A stretch of 32,000 nucleotides of DNA from Rhodobacter capsulatus SB 1003 (GTDB taxonomy: Bacteria; Pseudomonadota; Alphaproteobacteria; Rhodobacterales; Rhodobacteraceae). The position numbers and the translations under genes were made by a program. Shown here one piece after another: positions 1 through 7,940 of the stretch (positions are counted from its first letter, which is position 1; each line of letters starts with the position of its first letter). The notes below the pieces were generated by a model. It had not been told where the DNA came from, ran no database searches, and was given only the letters and a program-made list of their open reading frames with translations. The stretch is from positions 1,230,001 through 1,262,000 of the forward strand of contig NC_014034.1 in the NCBI RefSeq assembly GCF_000021865.1, given 5' to 3'.

Positions 1-159
1 GGCGGCGATGCGAATACGATCACCACCACGATACAGCTGGGCCGCGGCGGCGTGATGCCGTCCTGGAGCTGGGCGGCCGATGGCGCGAAACCGCGTCTGA
101 GCGAAGCGCAGATCCGGGCCGTGGCCTCTTATGTCCACAGCCTGGGCGGTGGCCAGTAA
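1..159 (+). CDS. ccoP: cbb3-type cytochrome c oxidase subunit P (diheme cytochrome c), 3' end only
   Basis: Frame 1 is open from the window edge to TAA at 157-159. It translates to ...[37 protein letters not shown], which has the Met-Pro axial-ligand region and C-terminal helix typical of a class I c-type cytochrome domain. It sits directly upstream of ccoGHIS. Confidence 0.7.
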   Translation, partial: GGDANTITTTIQLGRGGVMPSWSWAADGAKPRLSEAQIRAVASYVHSLGGGQ

Positions 160-173
160 CAGCCAAACGGATC

Positions 174-199
174 CCCGGGGGGTTGCCTGACCCCCCGGG
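174..199 (+). terminator. GC-rich hairpin after ccoP (CCCGGGGGG-N8-CCCCCCGGG), no U-tract
   Basis: A perfect 9-bp stem (174-182 pairs with 191-199) starts 15 nt after the ccoP stop. No T-run follows, so it may be an mRNA 3' stabiliser or attenuator rather than a classical intrinsic terminator. Confidence 0.35.
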
Positions 200-439
200 A
201 AGCACCGACGCCCCGTCCTGTTCGCGCGTTTCCTGGGGCGTCGGTGCGTTTCAACATATCTGCGTCCCGGCCCGCCCGATCAAGAGGGCGGGGGGCCGCA
301 TGTTCTGGCCGAAATGCCCCGATCCGGGGAAAGCACGTCCAAAAAGCTGCATCGGCAATATAGCTTTAAGGTGCAGTTGCAAACCCGGCCCGTTCCTGTT
401 CAATCCCATCAGGACGGAGCCCAGCCAACGGAGACACCC

Positions 440-1900
440 GTGAGCGCCAATCAACCAAGTCCCGACGACGCGCCGCTTTATTTCGCGCGTGAACCGATTT
501 TCCCCCGACGCATTTCCGGCAAGTTCCGTTCGCTCAAATGGGTGCTGATGGCGCTGATGCTGGGCATTTATTACATCCTGCCCTGGATCCGCTGGGACCG
601 CGGCGCGGCGCTGCCCGATCAGGCGGTTCTGCTCGATCTGGCCAACCGGCGCTTCTTCTTCTTCGGGCTCGAGATCTGGCCGCATGAATTCTATTTCGTC
701 GCGGGCCTTCTGATCATGGCCGGGCTTGGCCTTTTTCTGTTCACCTCGGCGCTGGGCCGGGTCTGGTGCGGCTATGCCTGCCCGCAGACGGTCTGGACCG
801 ATCTTTACATCCTTGTGGAACGCTGGGTCGAGGGTGACCGCAACAACCGCATCCGCCTGCACCGTCAGGCCTGGAATGCCGAGAAGATCCGCAAGCGGCT
901 GATCAAATGGGGGCTTTGGCTGTTCATCGGTCTGGCCACCGGGGGGGCATGGGTGTTCTATTTCACCGATGCGCCGACGCTGCTTTCCGATCTTCTCACC
1001 GGCGACGCCTCGCCGATCGCTTACACCACCATCGCCATCGCCACCGCGACGACCTTTGCCTTTGGCGGTTTCGCCCGCGAACAGATGTGCATCTATGCCT
1101 GCCCCTGGCCGCGCATCCAGGCCGCGATGATGGACGAGGACACGATCACGATTGCCTATCGCGAATGGCGCGGCGAACCCCGCGGCAAGCTGCAAAAGAA
1201 CGAGAAACTGGCCGAGGGGCAGGGCGATTGCATCGATTGCATGGCCTGCGTCAACGTCTGCCCGATGGGGATCGACATCCGCAACGGCCAGCAGCTCGAA
1301 TGCATCACCTGCGGGCTGTGCATCGACGCCTGCAACGAGATGATGGACAAGATCGGCAAGCCGCGCGGTCTGGTGGGCTACATGGCGCTGAAGGACGAAA
1401 CGAACGAACGCGCCGGCAACAAGGTCACGAACATCTGGAAACACGTGCTGCGTCCGCGCACGCTGCTGTATTTCACGCTCTGGTCGGGCTTCGGCATCGC
1501 GCTGGTGGTGGGGCTGTTCCTGCGCTCGCCGCTGGACTTCAACGTCACGCCCAGCCGTGATCCGCTGTTCGTGACGCAATCGGACGGCACGATCCGCAAC
1601 ATCTACACGCTGCGCATCCGCAACAAGCACGGGTCGGAAGAAACCTTCCGGATCTCGGCGACGACGGCGGATTACGAGGAAACCCAGGCGCTGAAACTGA
1701 CGCTGGAAGGGGTCGAGGGCGACACCGTCACCGTGCCCGCCGACCAGCTTTACAACCAGCGCCTTTATCTCGATGCTGGACCCGCGTCGGATCTTGCCGG
1801 GGCGAAGCGCACCGAGATCATGATCTGGGTCGAACAGGTCGGCGAGGACGAGCCGGTGTCGGATTCCGCCGATACCGTCTTCAACGGCAAGGGCAAGTGA
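440..1900 (+). CDS. ccoG: CcoG/FixG/RdxB, membrane 4Fe-4S ferredoxin-type protein for cbb3 oxidase assembly (cupric reductase family)
   Basis: The ORF runs 314-1900. Cys motifs are CGYACPQ, CIYACPW, CIDCMACVNVCP and CITCGLCIDACN, and there are several TM segments. I prefer the GTG at 440, which is preceded by GGAGA (431-435) and gives the N-terminus SANQPSPDDAPLYFAREPIFPRR. The in-frame ATG at 314 is the alternative. Confidence 0.9.
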   Translation: MSANQPSPDDAPLYFAREPIFPRRISGKFRSLKWVLMALMLGIYYILPWIRWDRGAALPDQAVLLDLANRRFFFFGLEIWPHEFYFVAGLLIMAGLGLFLFTSALGRVWCGYACPQTVWTDLYILVERWVEGDRNNRIRLHRQAWNAEKIRKRLIKWGLWLFIGLATGGAWVFYFTDAPTLLSDLLTGDASPIAYTTIAIATATTFAFGGFAREQMCIYACPWPRIQAAMMDEDTITIAYREWRGEPRGKLQKNEKLAEGQGDCIDCMACVNVCPMGIDIRNGQQLECITCGLCIDACNEMMDKIGKPRGLVGYMALKDETNERAGNKVTNIWKHVLRPRTLLYFTLWSGFGIALVVGLFLRSPLDFNVTPSRDPLFVTQSDGTIRNIYTLRIRNKHGSEETFRISATTADYEETQALKLTLEGVEGDTVTVPADQLYNQRLYLDAGPASDLAGAKRTEIMIWVEQVGEDEPVSDSADTVFNGKGK

Positions 1901-1901
1901 A

Positions 1902-2357
1902 ATGGCGAAACCGCTGACCGGCCGCAAGGTCCTGCTGATGTTCGTGGCCTTCTTCGGGCTGATCATCGCCGTCAACGTGACGATGGCGGTGCAGGCGGTG
2001 AAGACCTTCCCGGGGCTTGAAGTGGCGAATTCCTATGTCGCCTCGCAGACCTTCGATGCCGACCGCGCCGCGCAGGAGCGGCTGGGCTGGACGGTCAAGC
2101 CCGCCTATGCGGATGGCGTGCTGAGCCTCGACATCCGCGACCGGGCGGGGCAACCCGCGCCGCTGGGCCAGCTCGAGGTTCTGGTCGGCCGCACCACCAT
2201 GGCGGCCGAGGACCGGACCCCGCAGATGACCCGGACCGACGGCGTTTATTCCGCGCCCCTCAGCCTTGCCCCCGGGGCCTGGCTGATCCACCTTTCTGCC
2301 ACATCCGCGGACGGGGTGCTGTTCCGGCAGCGCCTCGATTTCTTCGTCGAAGGCTGA
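1902..2357 (+). CDS. ccoH: CcoH/FixH cbb3 oxidase assembly protein
   Basis: 151 aa with a single N-terminal TM segment (VLLMFVAFFGLIIAVNVTMAV). The ATG lies 1 nt after the ccoG stop, in the conserved ccoGHIS order. Confidence 0.85.
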   Translation: MAKPLTGRKVLLMFVAFFGLIIAVNVTMAVQAVKTFPGLEVANSYVASQTFDADRAAQERLGWTVKPAYADGVLSLDIRDRAGQPAPLGQLEVLVGRTTMAAEDRTPQMTRTDGVYSAPLSLAPGAWLIHLSATSADGVLFRQRLDFFVEG

Positions 2358-2362
2358 GCCCA

Positions 2363-4591
2363 ATGACCGCTGCCCCCCTTGCGTCGGTGGCCCCCCCTGC
2401 GGGGGTCACCGAAGATCACCTCTCCGCTTCCGCCTGCCCGGCCTGCCTGGCCGCCCCCTCGGCCGAGGATCTGGCGAAATCGGGCGATATCAAGGGGGCG
2501 CGGATCATGCTCTCGCTGCCCACCGCCCATTGCGCGGTCTGCATCACCGATGTCGAACGCGAGATGGAGGCGCAGCCCGGTGTGCGCTCGGCGCGGGTGA
2601 ACCTGACGCTGAAACGCGTTTCGGTCGATGCCGAGGCGGGGGTCAGCGCCGAGACGCTGGTCGAGGCGCTGGCCAAAATCGGCTACGAGGCCTATGAACT
2701 TGACCCCGGCATGCTCTCGGCCACGGAAACCGACAAGCGCGGCCGGGATCTTCTGATGCGGATCGGCGTCGCCGGTTTCGCGATGATGAACATCATGCTT
2801 CTGTCGATCGCGGTCTGGTCGGGCGCCGAGGCCGCGACGCGCGACATGTTCCACTGGATTTCCGCCGCCATCGCGCTGCCGACCGTGGTCTTCGTCGGCC
2901 AGCCCTTCTTCGCCTCGGCCTGGGGCGGGCTGAAACACGGCCGCGTCAACATGGATGTGCCGATCTCGCTGGCGCTGATCCTCGCCTCCTCGATCTCGAT
3001 CTTCGAGACGATGCACCATGGCCATCACGCCTATTTCGACGCGGCGGTGATGCTGTCCTTCTTCCTGCTAGTCGGCCGCTACCTTGACTACCGCACCCGC
3101 GCCGTGGCGCGCTCGGCGGCCGAGGAACTGGCAGCGCTGGAAGTGCCGCGCGCGCATCTTCTGCGCGAGGGCGTCGAGACGATCGTGCCGGTGGCCGATC
3201 TGAAGCCGGGCGATCTGATCCGGGTGCGCCCGGGCGGCCGCATCCCGGCCGATGGCGAGGTGACTTCGGGCACCTCGGAAACCGACCGCTCGCTTCTGAC
3301 CGGGGAAACCCTGCCGGTCTATGTGGGCCCGGGCACGATGCTCTCGGCGGGCGAGGTGAACCTGACCGGGCCTTTGACGCTGCGCGTCACCGCGGCGGGC
3401 AAGGACAGCTCGCTGCACCGGATGGCGGATCTGGTGGCGATGGCCGAAAGCGCCAAGACCCGTTACACGACCCTGGCCGAACGCGCCGCGCGGGCCTATT
3501 CGCCGTTGGTGCATGCGCTCTCTTTCTCGGCCTTCGGCTACTGGATGTGGGCCACGGGCGGCGATCTGCGCTTTGCCGTCAACATCTCGGCCGCCGTGCT
3601 GATCATCACCTGTCCCTGCGCGCTGGGGCTGGCCGTGCCTGCGGTGATCACCGCGGCGTCGGGCAAGCTGTTCCGCAAGGGGCTTCTGATCAAGGACGGC
3701 ACCGCGCTGGAACGTCTGGCCGAGGTGGACACGGTGGTTTTCGACAAGACCGGCACGCTGACGATGGGGGCGCCGGTTCTGGAAGGGCTCGACACGATCG
3801 AGGAGGAAACTCTCTCCGTTGCGGCGGCGCTGGCGCAGGCCTCCTCGCATCCGCTGGCGCGGGCGCTGGTGGCCGCGGCCGAGGCGCGGGACATCCGCCC
3901 CGTCGTGCTCGATGATCTGCGCGAGGTGCCCGGCTTCGGCATCGAGGGGCGGCTGGGGGCGCTTGCGCTGCGGCTGGGCCGGGCCGACTGGGTCGGCGCC
4001 GCGCCCTGCGACAGCACCGCCACGCATCTGCGTCTGGGCGCGGCCGAGCCGGTCACCTTCCGCTTTTCGGATCACCTGCGTCTGGGCGCGGCCGAGGCGG
4101 TGGCGCTTCTGACCGCGCAGGGCAAGCGGGTGCTGATGGTCTCGGGCGATGTCGAGACGGCGGTTTCGGCGCTGGCGGGCAAGCTTGGCATCACCGAATG
4201 GCATTCGGGCGCGCTGCCCGCGGAAAAGGCCGCGCTGGTCGCCGATCTGATGGGGCAGGGGCGGCGCGTGCTGATGGTGGGCGACGGGCTCAACGACACC
4301 GCGGCGCTCGCTGCGGCGCATGTCTCGATCTCGCCCGCCTCGGCGCTCGATGCCGCGCGCACGGCCTCGGACATCGTGCTTCTGGGCGCCGATCTGGCGC
4401 CGGTGGGCGACGCCCTGCGCATCGCCGGACAGGCGCGGCGCCGCATCAAGGAGAATTTCGTGATCTCCGCCGCCTATAACGTCGTCGCCGTGCCGCTGGC
4501 GCTGGTGGGCCTTGCCACGCCCCTTGCGGCGGCCTTGGCGATGTCGACCTCGTCGATTACAGTGTCGCTGAACTCGATGCGGCTGAAATAG
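2363..4591 (+). CDS. ccoI: CcoI/FixI P1B-type copper-translocating ATPase for cbb3 oxidase maturation
   Basis: 742 aa. It has an N-terminal CPAC motif plus an HMA-like HCAVC motif, a TGE actuator motif, the CPC motif (ITCPCALGLAVP), DKTGTLT and GDGLNDTAAL. It follows ccoH by 5 nt. Confidence 0.92.
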   Translation: MTAAPLASVAPPAGVTEDHLSASACPACLAAPSAEDLAKSGDIKGARIMLSLPTAHCAVCITDVEREMEAQPGVRSARVNLTLKRVSVDAEAGVSAETLVEALAKIGYEAYELDPGMLSATETDKRGRDLLMRIGVAGFAMMNIMLLSIAVWSGAEAATRDMFHWISAAIALPTVVFVGQPFFASAWGGLKHGRVNMDVPISLALILASSISIFETMHHGHHAYFDAAVMLSFFLLVGRYLDYRTRAVARSAAEELAALEVPRAHLLREGVETIVPVADLKPGDLIRVRPGGRIPADGEVTSGTSETDRSLLTGETLPVYVGPGTMLSAGEVNLTGPLTLRVTAAGKDSSLHRMADLVAMAESAKTRYTTLAERAARAYSPLVHALSFSAFGYWMWATGGDLRFAVNISAAVLIITCPCALGLAVPAVITAASGKLFRKGLLIKDGTALERLAEVDTVVFDKTGTLTMGAPVLEGLDTIEEETLSVAAALAQASSHPLARALVAAAEARDIRPVVLDDLREVPGFGIEGRLGALALRLGRADWVGAAPCDSTATHLRLGAAEPVTFRFSDHLRLGAAEAVALLTAQGKRVLMVSGDVETAVSALAGKLGITEWHSGALPAEKAALVADLMGQGRRVLMVGDGLNDTAALAAAHVSISPASALDAARTASDIVLLGADLAPVGDALRIAGQARRRIKENFVISAAYNVVAVPLALVGLATPLAAALAMSTSSITVSLNSMRLK

Positions 4592-4608
4592 CCCGAACGG
4601 AGCCCAAG

Positions 4609-4767
4609 ATGTCGGTCCTGACCTATCTGATCCCGATCTCGCTGTTTCTGGGCGGTTTCGGCCTTGTCGCCTTCCTGTGGTCGCTGCGCGCCCGGCAATA
4701 TGACGACCCGAAGGGCGATGCCGAACGGATCCTGTCGGGCAAATACGACGACCGCCCGAAAAGCTGA
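4609..4767 (+). CDS. ccoS: CcoS/FixS small membrane protein for cbb3 oxidase maturation
   Basis: 52-aa ORF that is absent from the ORF track because it is shorter than 60 aa: MSVLTYLIPISLFLGGFGLVAFLWSLRARQYDDPKGDAERILSGKYDDRPKS*. It has one TM segment followed by the conserved RxxQ(Y/F)DD motif, and GGAG lies 8 nt upstream of the ATG. Its position after ccoI fits. Confidence 0.85.
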   Translation: MSVLTYLIPISLFLGGFGLVAFLWSLRARQYDDPKGDAERILSGKYDDRPKS

Positions 4768-4780
4768 CCCCGCGGAAAGG

Positions 4781-4851
4781 GGCGTATTTGCACCAAGAAG
4801 AAACCCGGACCTCTTTTCAGGGATCCGGGTTTCTTCTTGGCAAAAATACGC
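4781..4851. repeat. inverted pair of the dispersed intergenic element; likely bidirectional terminator between ccoS and the convergent carboxypeptidase gene
   Basis: GGCGTATTTGCACCAAGAAGAAACCCGGA (4781-4809) pairs with TCCGGGTTTCTTCTTGGCAAAAATACGC (4824-4851). The arms are about 28 nt and near-perfect, and they flank a T-rich loop (ctcttttcag). Confidence 0.75.
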
Positions 4852-4866
4852 TCTTGTCGCGGGTGG

Positions 4867-6483
4867 TTACGGCCCGATCACCGAACAATCGACCGCGCGG
4901 GCGGCCAGACGGGCGCAGGCCAGATCGGCGTCGCCGCGGCTGAGGCCCACAAAGAGCGCGTCATAGCCCGATTTGCGGGTCGCGACCTTGCGCAGCCCCT
5001 GCGACAGCGCCGTGCTTTCCATCAGCGCGGTTTTCAGCAGCACCTGTTCGGCGGCATATTGCGACGGATATTTGCCCAGGCTGATGCCCCAGTTGCGCCC
5101 GCCCGAGGAAGAGGCACGGGCGACGACCTCGCGCTTGCCTTCGGGCATCGGCGCGGGGGGCGTCAGCGCGGCGAGAATCACCGTGTCATTGCGCGGCACC
5201 TGCGCCGAGGCGCCAAGCGCCAGGGTTTCGGGCTGCGCGGTGGCGGTCTGGATGAAGACCGGACCCGAAGGATCGGTGTCGCCCTGTGCCTCGACGGTTT
5301 CGTCGGCGGGCTCGATCATCGCCAGGGTTTCGGGTTGCGGCGCGGTGACCTGCTCCAGCGGCGCGGCTTCGGGGGCCGGTTCGGGCGCGGCGGCGGCGAG
5401 CTGCACCGGCGCTTCCTCCGGTTCGGGCGTCGCGGCGGCGGTGGCCGGGCGGGCCTGCGGGCGCGGGCTGCGGGCCAGGCCTGCAAGTTCAAGCGCCTCG
5501 GGGGCGGCGGCGCGGGCGGCGACGGTGGCGGCCCCGGCGGCGGCGGCGGCCAGTTTCACCGCCTCCTCGTCGCCGTCTTCGGCCTCCTGCGCGGCCTCGA
5601 CCTGCGGCCCGGCGATGTCGCTTTCGGCATTGGCCATCAGCATCGGCGGCTCGGGCTTTTGCGCATTGACCTTGCCGGGGGCGCGCTCAAACCCCAGGTC
5701 CATCAGCTCGGCCATCTTCGAGTTGCGCGCCGCGGGCGAGGTGCCGCCGAAGATCGTCGCGATGATGCGCTTGTTGCCGCGCTGCGCCGAGGCGGTCAGG
5801 TTGAAGCCCGCGGGCACGGTATAGCCGGTCTTGATGCCGTCGGCGCCGTCGTAGGCGTCCAGAAAGCGGCGGTTGGTATTGGCCACATGGGCGATGCCCG
5901 CATCCGCGGTCCGGCGCGAGAACAGGTTGTAATACTGGGGAAAATCGTAAAGCAGGTGGCGGCCGAGGATCGACATGTCATGCGCGGTCGACAGATGCCC
6001 CGCCTTCGTCAGCCCGTTGGCGTTCTTGAAAGTGGTGTTCTTCATGCCAAGCGCCTTGGCGGTGCGGTTCATCCGCGCCGCGAAATGCGCCTCGTCGCCC
6101 TCGAGGAAATCGCCGATCGCCGCGGCAGCATCGTTGGCCGATTTGATCGCCGCGCCGCGGATCAGATAGCGCAGGGCGATCTTTTGTCCGGTGCGCAGCC
6201 CCAGCCGCGAGGGCGCCTGACCGGCCGCATTGGCCGAGACCGTGACCATCGTGTCAAGGCTCGCCTCGCCCGATTCGATCGCCTGAAAGGCGATGTAGAG
6301 CGTCATCATCTTGGTCAGAGAGGCCGGGTGAAGCCGGGTGTCGGCGTTCTTTTCGTAAAGAACCTCGCCGGTGCGCGCGTCCATCACATAGGCTGCAAAC
6401 GGTGCCGCCGAGAGCGCCACCGGAAGAACAGCCAAGAATATTGCCAAAAGCCCCGAACGGCCCCAGTGCGTCAGCCTGGTCAC
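4867..6483 (-). CDS. serine-type D-Ala-D-Ala carboxypeptidase (peptidase S11, PBP5/6-like) with C-terminal SPOR domain
   Basis: 538 aa with a GTG start and a signal peptide (LLAIFLAVLPVALSAAP). The catalytic motifs are SLTK (SxxK), SAN (SxN) and KTG. A long A/P/E-rich linker follows, then a C-terminal SPOR-like fold (NWGISLGKYPSQYAAEQ...YDALFVGLSRGDADLACARL). Confidence 0.85.
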   Translation of the reverse strand: MTRLTHWGRSGLLAIFLAVLPVALSAAPFAAYVMDARTGEVLYEKNADTRLHPASLTKMMTLYIAFQAIESGEASLDTMVTVSANAAGQAPSRLGLRTGQKIALRYLIRGAAIKSANDAAAAIGDFLEGDEAHFAARMNRTAKALGMKNTTFKNANGLTKAGHLSTAHDMSILGRHLLYDFPQYYNLFSRRTADAGIAHVANTNRRFLDAYDGADGIKTGYTVPAGFNLTASAQRGNKRIIATIFGGTSPAARNSKMAELMDLGFERAPGKVNAQKPEPPMLMANAESDIAGPQVEAAQEAEDGDEEAVKLAAAAAGAATVAARAAAPEALELAGLARSPRPQARPATAAATPEPEEAPVQLAAAAPEPAPEAAPLEQVTAPQPETLAMIEPADETVEAQGDTDPSGPVFIQTATAQPETLALGASAQVPRNDTVILAALTPPAPMPEGKREVVARASSSGGRNWGISLGKYPSQYAAEQVLLKTALMESTALSQGLRKVATRKSGYDALFVGLSRGDADLACARLAARAVDCSVIGP

Positions 6484-6683
6484 GATAACTGCCCTTACTG
6501 CCTCTATGTACCCCGTTGTGGTCTGGGGCTTGGCGGCAAGATTAGCACGGCTTCCCGGTGCTGAAAACCACGAAGATTCAAAGGCTTCAACTGAGGCGTT
6601 CGTGCAACGCAGGGCTGAATTTCGTCAACATGTTGGGGTGGCGGCCGGGTCGCGGCCCAGAGCTTGTGGTGATCCGTCGCGGA

Positions 6684-7394
6684 TCAGCCCGCCGCGCCCG
6701 CCGCAATCGCGGCGACAAGCCCCGCCAGCCCGCCCAGATCCGGCAGCGCCGCAAAGCGCGGATGCGCCGCGGGCGGGGTAGCATGTTCCAGCGCCCAGGT
6801 CATCTCGTGCGGCACATGCACGCCCCAGCCGCCCGCCTCGAGCATCGGCAGCACGTCGGATTTCAGCGAATTGCCCACCATCAGCCCCTGATCCGCGCCG
6901 GTGCCATGGCGCGCGAAGACCGCGCGATAGGTCTCGGGCCGCTTGTCCGAGACGATCTCGACCGCGTCGAAAAGATCGCCCAGGCCCGATTGCGCCAGCT
7001 TGCGTTCCTGATCGAGCAGATCGCCCTTGGTCACCAGCACCAGCCGGTAGCGGTCCGACAGCGCCTCCACCGCCTCGCGGGCATGGGGCAGGATCTCGAT
7101 CGGATGCGCCAGCATCTCGCGCCCGGCGGCCAGGATCTCGCCGATCACCGCGGCGGGGACGCGGCCCGCGCTGACCTCGATCGCGGTCTCGATCATCGAC
7201 AGCGTGAAGCCCTTGACGCCAAAGCCATAGGCGCCGACGTTGCGACGCTCGGCGGCGAGCAGGCGCTGTTCCAGCTGCGCCACCTCGGCGTGATCGGCCA
7301 GCAGGTCGTGAAACCGCGCCTGGGTCAGGCGGAAGAACCGCTCGTTGTGCCAAAGCGTGTCATCGGCGTCAAAGCCGATCGTGGTCAGGGTCAT
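6684..7394 (-). CDS. HAD-superfamily hydrolase
   Basis: The start is chosen at [18 protein letters not shown] (the DxDxT nucleophile motif), with AAGGAGA 6 nt upstream. Later motifs are VTKG and GNSLKSD. The ORF track extends to 7550, but that extension lacks an SD sequence and any family-like sequence. Confidence 0.8.
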   Translation of the reverse strand: MTLTTIGFDADDTLWHNERFFRLTQARFHDLLADHAEVAQLEQRLLAAERRNVGAYGFGVKGFTLSMIETAIEVSAGRVPAAVIGEILAAGREMLAHPIEILPHAREAVEALSDRYRLVLVTKGDLLDQERKLAQSGLGDLFDAVEIVSDKRPETYRAVFARHGTGADQGLMVGNSLKSDVLPMLEAGGWGVHVPHEMTWALEHATPPAAHPRFAALPDLGGLAGLVAAIAAGAAG

Positions 7395-7565
7395 CGGGGC
7401 TCTCCTTGCGGCCAAACTGACGCCGGGGTGCGCTGTTGGCAAGATGCGCCGCACTGGCTTTTCTTGCCGCGCCATGGTCCTATATTGAACCCCGGATCCA
7501 CGATTCCCTGCGATCATGGATATTTGACACCGATTCGACCCTTTCGACACTGCGGAGGACTGCCC

Positions 7566-7919
7566 GTGCTTGACCCCCTATACCTCAGCGCCCCTCGCGC
7601 CGGAGACGGCGAGGGGGATGGCGCGGGCGAGGCCGGACTTGCGGTCAAGACCGCCCCGCGCACGGCCCGGCCGCCGATGTACAAGGTCATGCTGCTGAAC
7701 GACGATTACACGCCGATGGAATTCGTCGTGCATATTCTGGAACGCTTCTTCGGCATGACCCATGCCCAGGCCTTCGAAATCATGCTGACCGTGCACAAGA
7801 AGGGGCTGGCCGTCGTCGGCGTCTATTCCTTCGAGGTGGCCGAGACCAAGGTCTCGCAGGTGATGGATTTTTCCCGCCGCCATCAGCACCCGCTGCAATG
7901 CACCATGGAAAAGGAGTGA
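7566..7919 (+). CDS. clpS: ATP-dependent Clp protease adaptor ClpS
   Basis: The C-terminal core is [60 protein letters not shown], which is canonical ClpS. The GTG at 7566 is preceded by GGAGGA (7554-7559). The long upstream ORF extension back to 6558 is antisense to the HAD gene and is rejected. Confidence 0.85.
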   Translation: MLDPLYLSAPRAGDGEGDGAGEAGLAVKTAPRTARPPMYKVMLLNDDYTPMEFVVHILERFFGMTHAQAFEIMLTVHKKGLAVVGVYSFEVAETKVSQVMDFSRRHQHPLQCTMEKE

Positions 7920-7940
7920 GGGGGGCACCCCTCCGATCTG

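Noticed and set aside
160-439. Search for an FnrL/FNR box (TTGAT-N4-ATCAA) or a clear promoter upstream of ccoG
   Set aside because: Only an isolated ATCAA (278-282) is present, with no matching left half-site. The AT-rich patch at 355-390 has no convincing -35/-10 pair. I cannot support a call.
251-1975. 574-aa ORF on the minus strand, antisense to ccoG
   Set aside because: It is R/G/A/P/D-rich with no recognisable motifs, and it lies exactly opposite a gene with four clear Fe-S cysteine motifs. This is the typical high-GC shadow ORF. The same reasoning applies to 907-1560, 2246-3028 and 3068-4321, which lie within or antisense to ccoG, ccoH and ccoI.
4741-4756. GGCAAATACGACGACC inside ccoS resembles the element core CAAATACGC
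   Set aside because: It encodes the conserved GKYDD tail of CcoS and lacks the CCAAGAAG half, so it is a coincidental partial match.
6558-7565. N-terminal 336-aa extension of the clpS reading frame (ORF track 6558-7919)
   Set aside because: The extension is antisense to the HAD hydrolase gene and crosses its promoter region. ClpS proteins are about 100-120 aa. A GTG with a GGAGGA SD sequence at 7566 gives the expected length.
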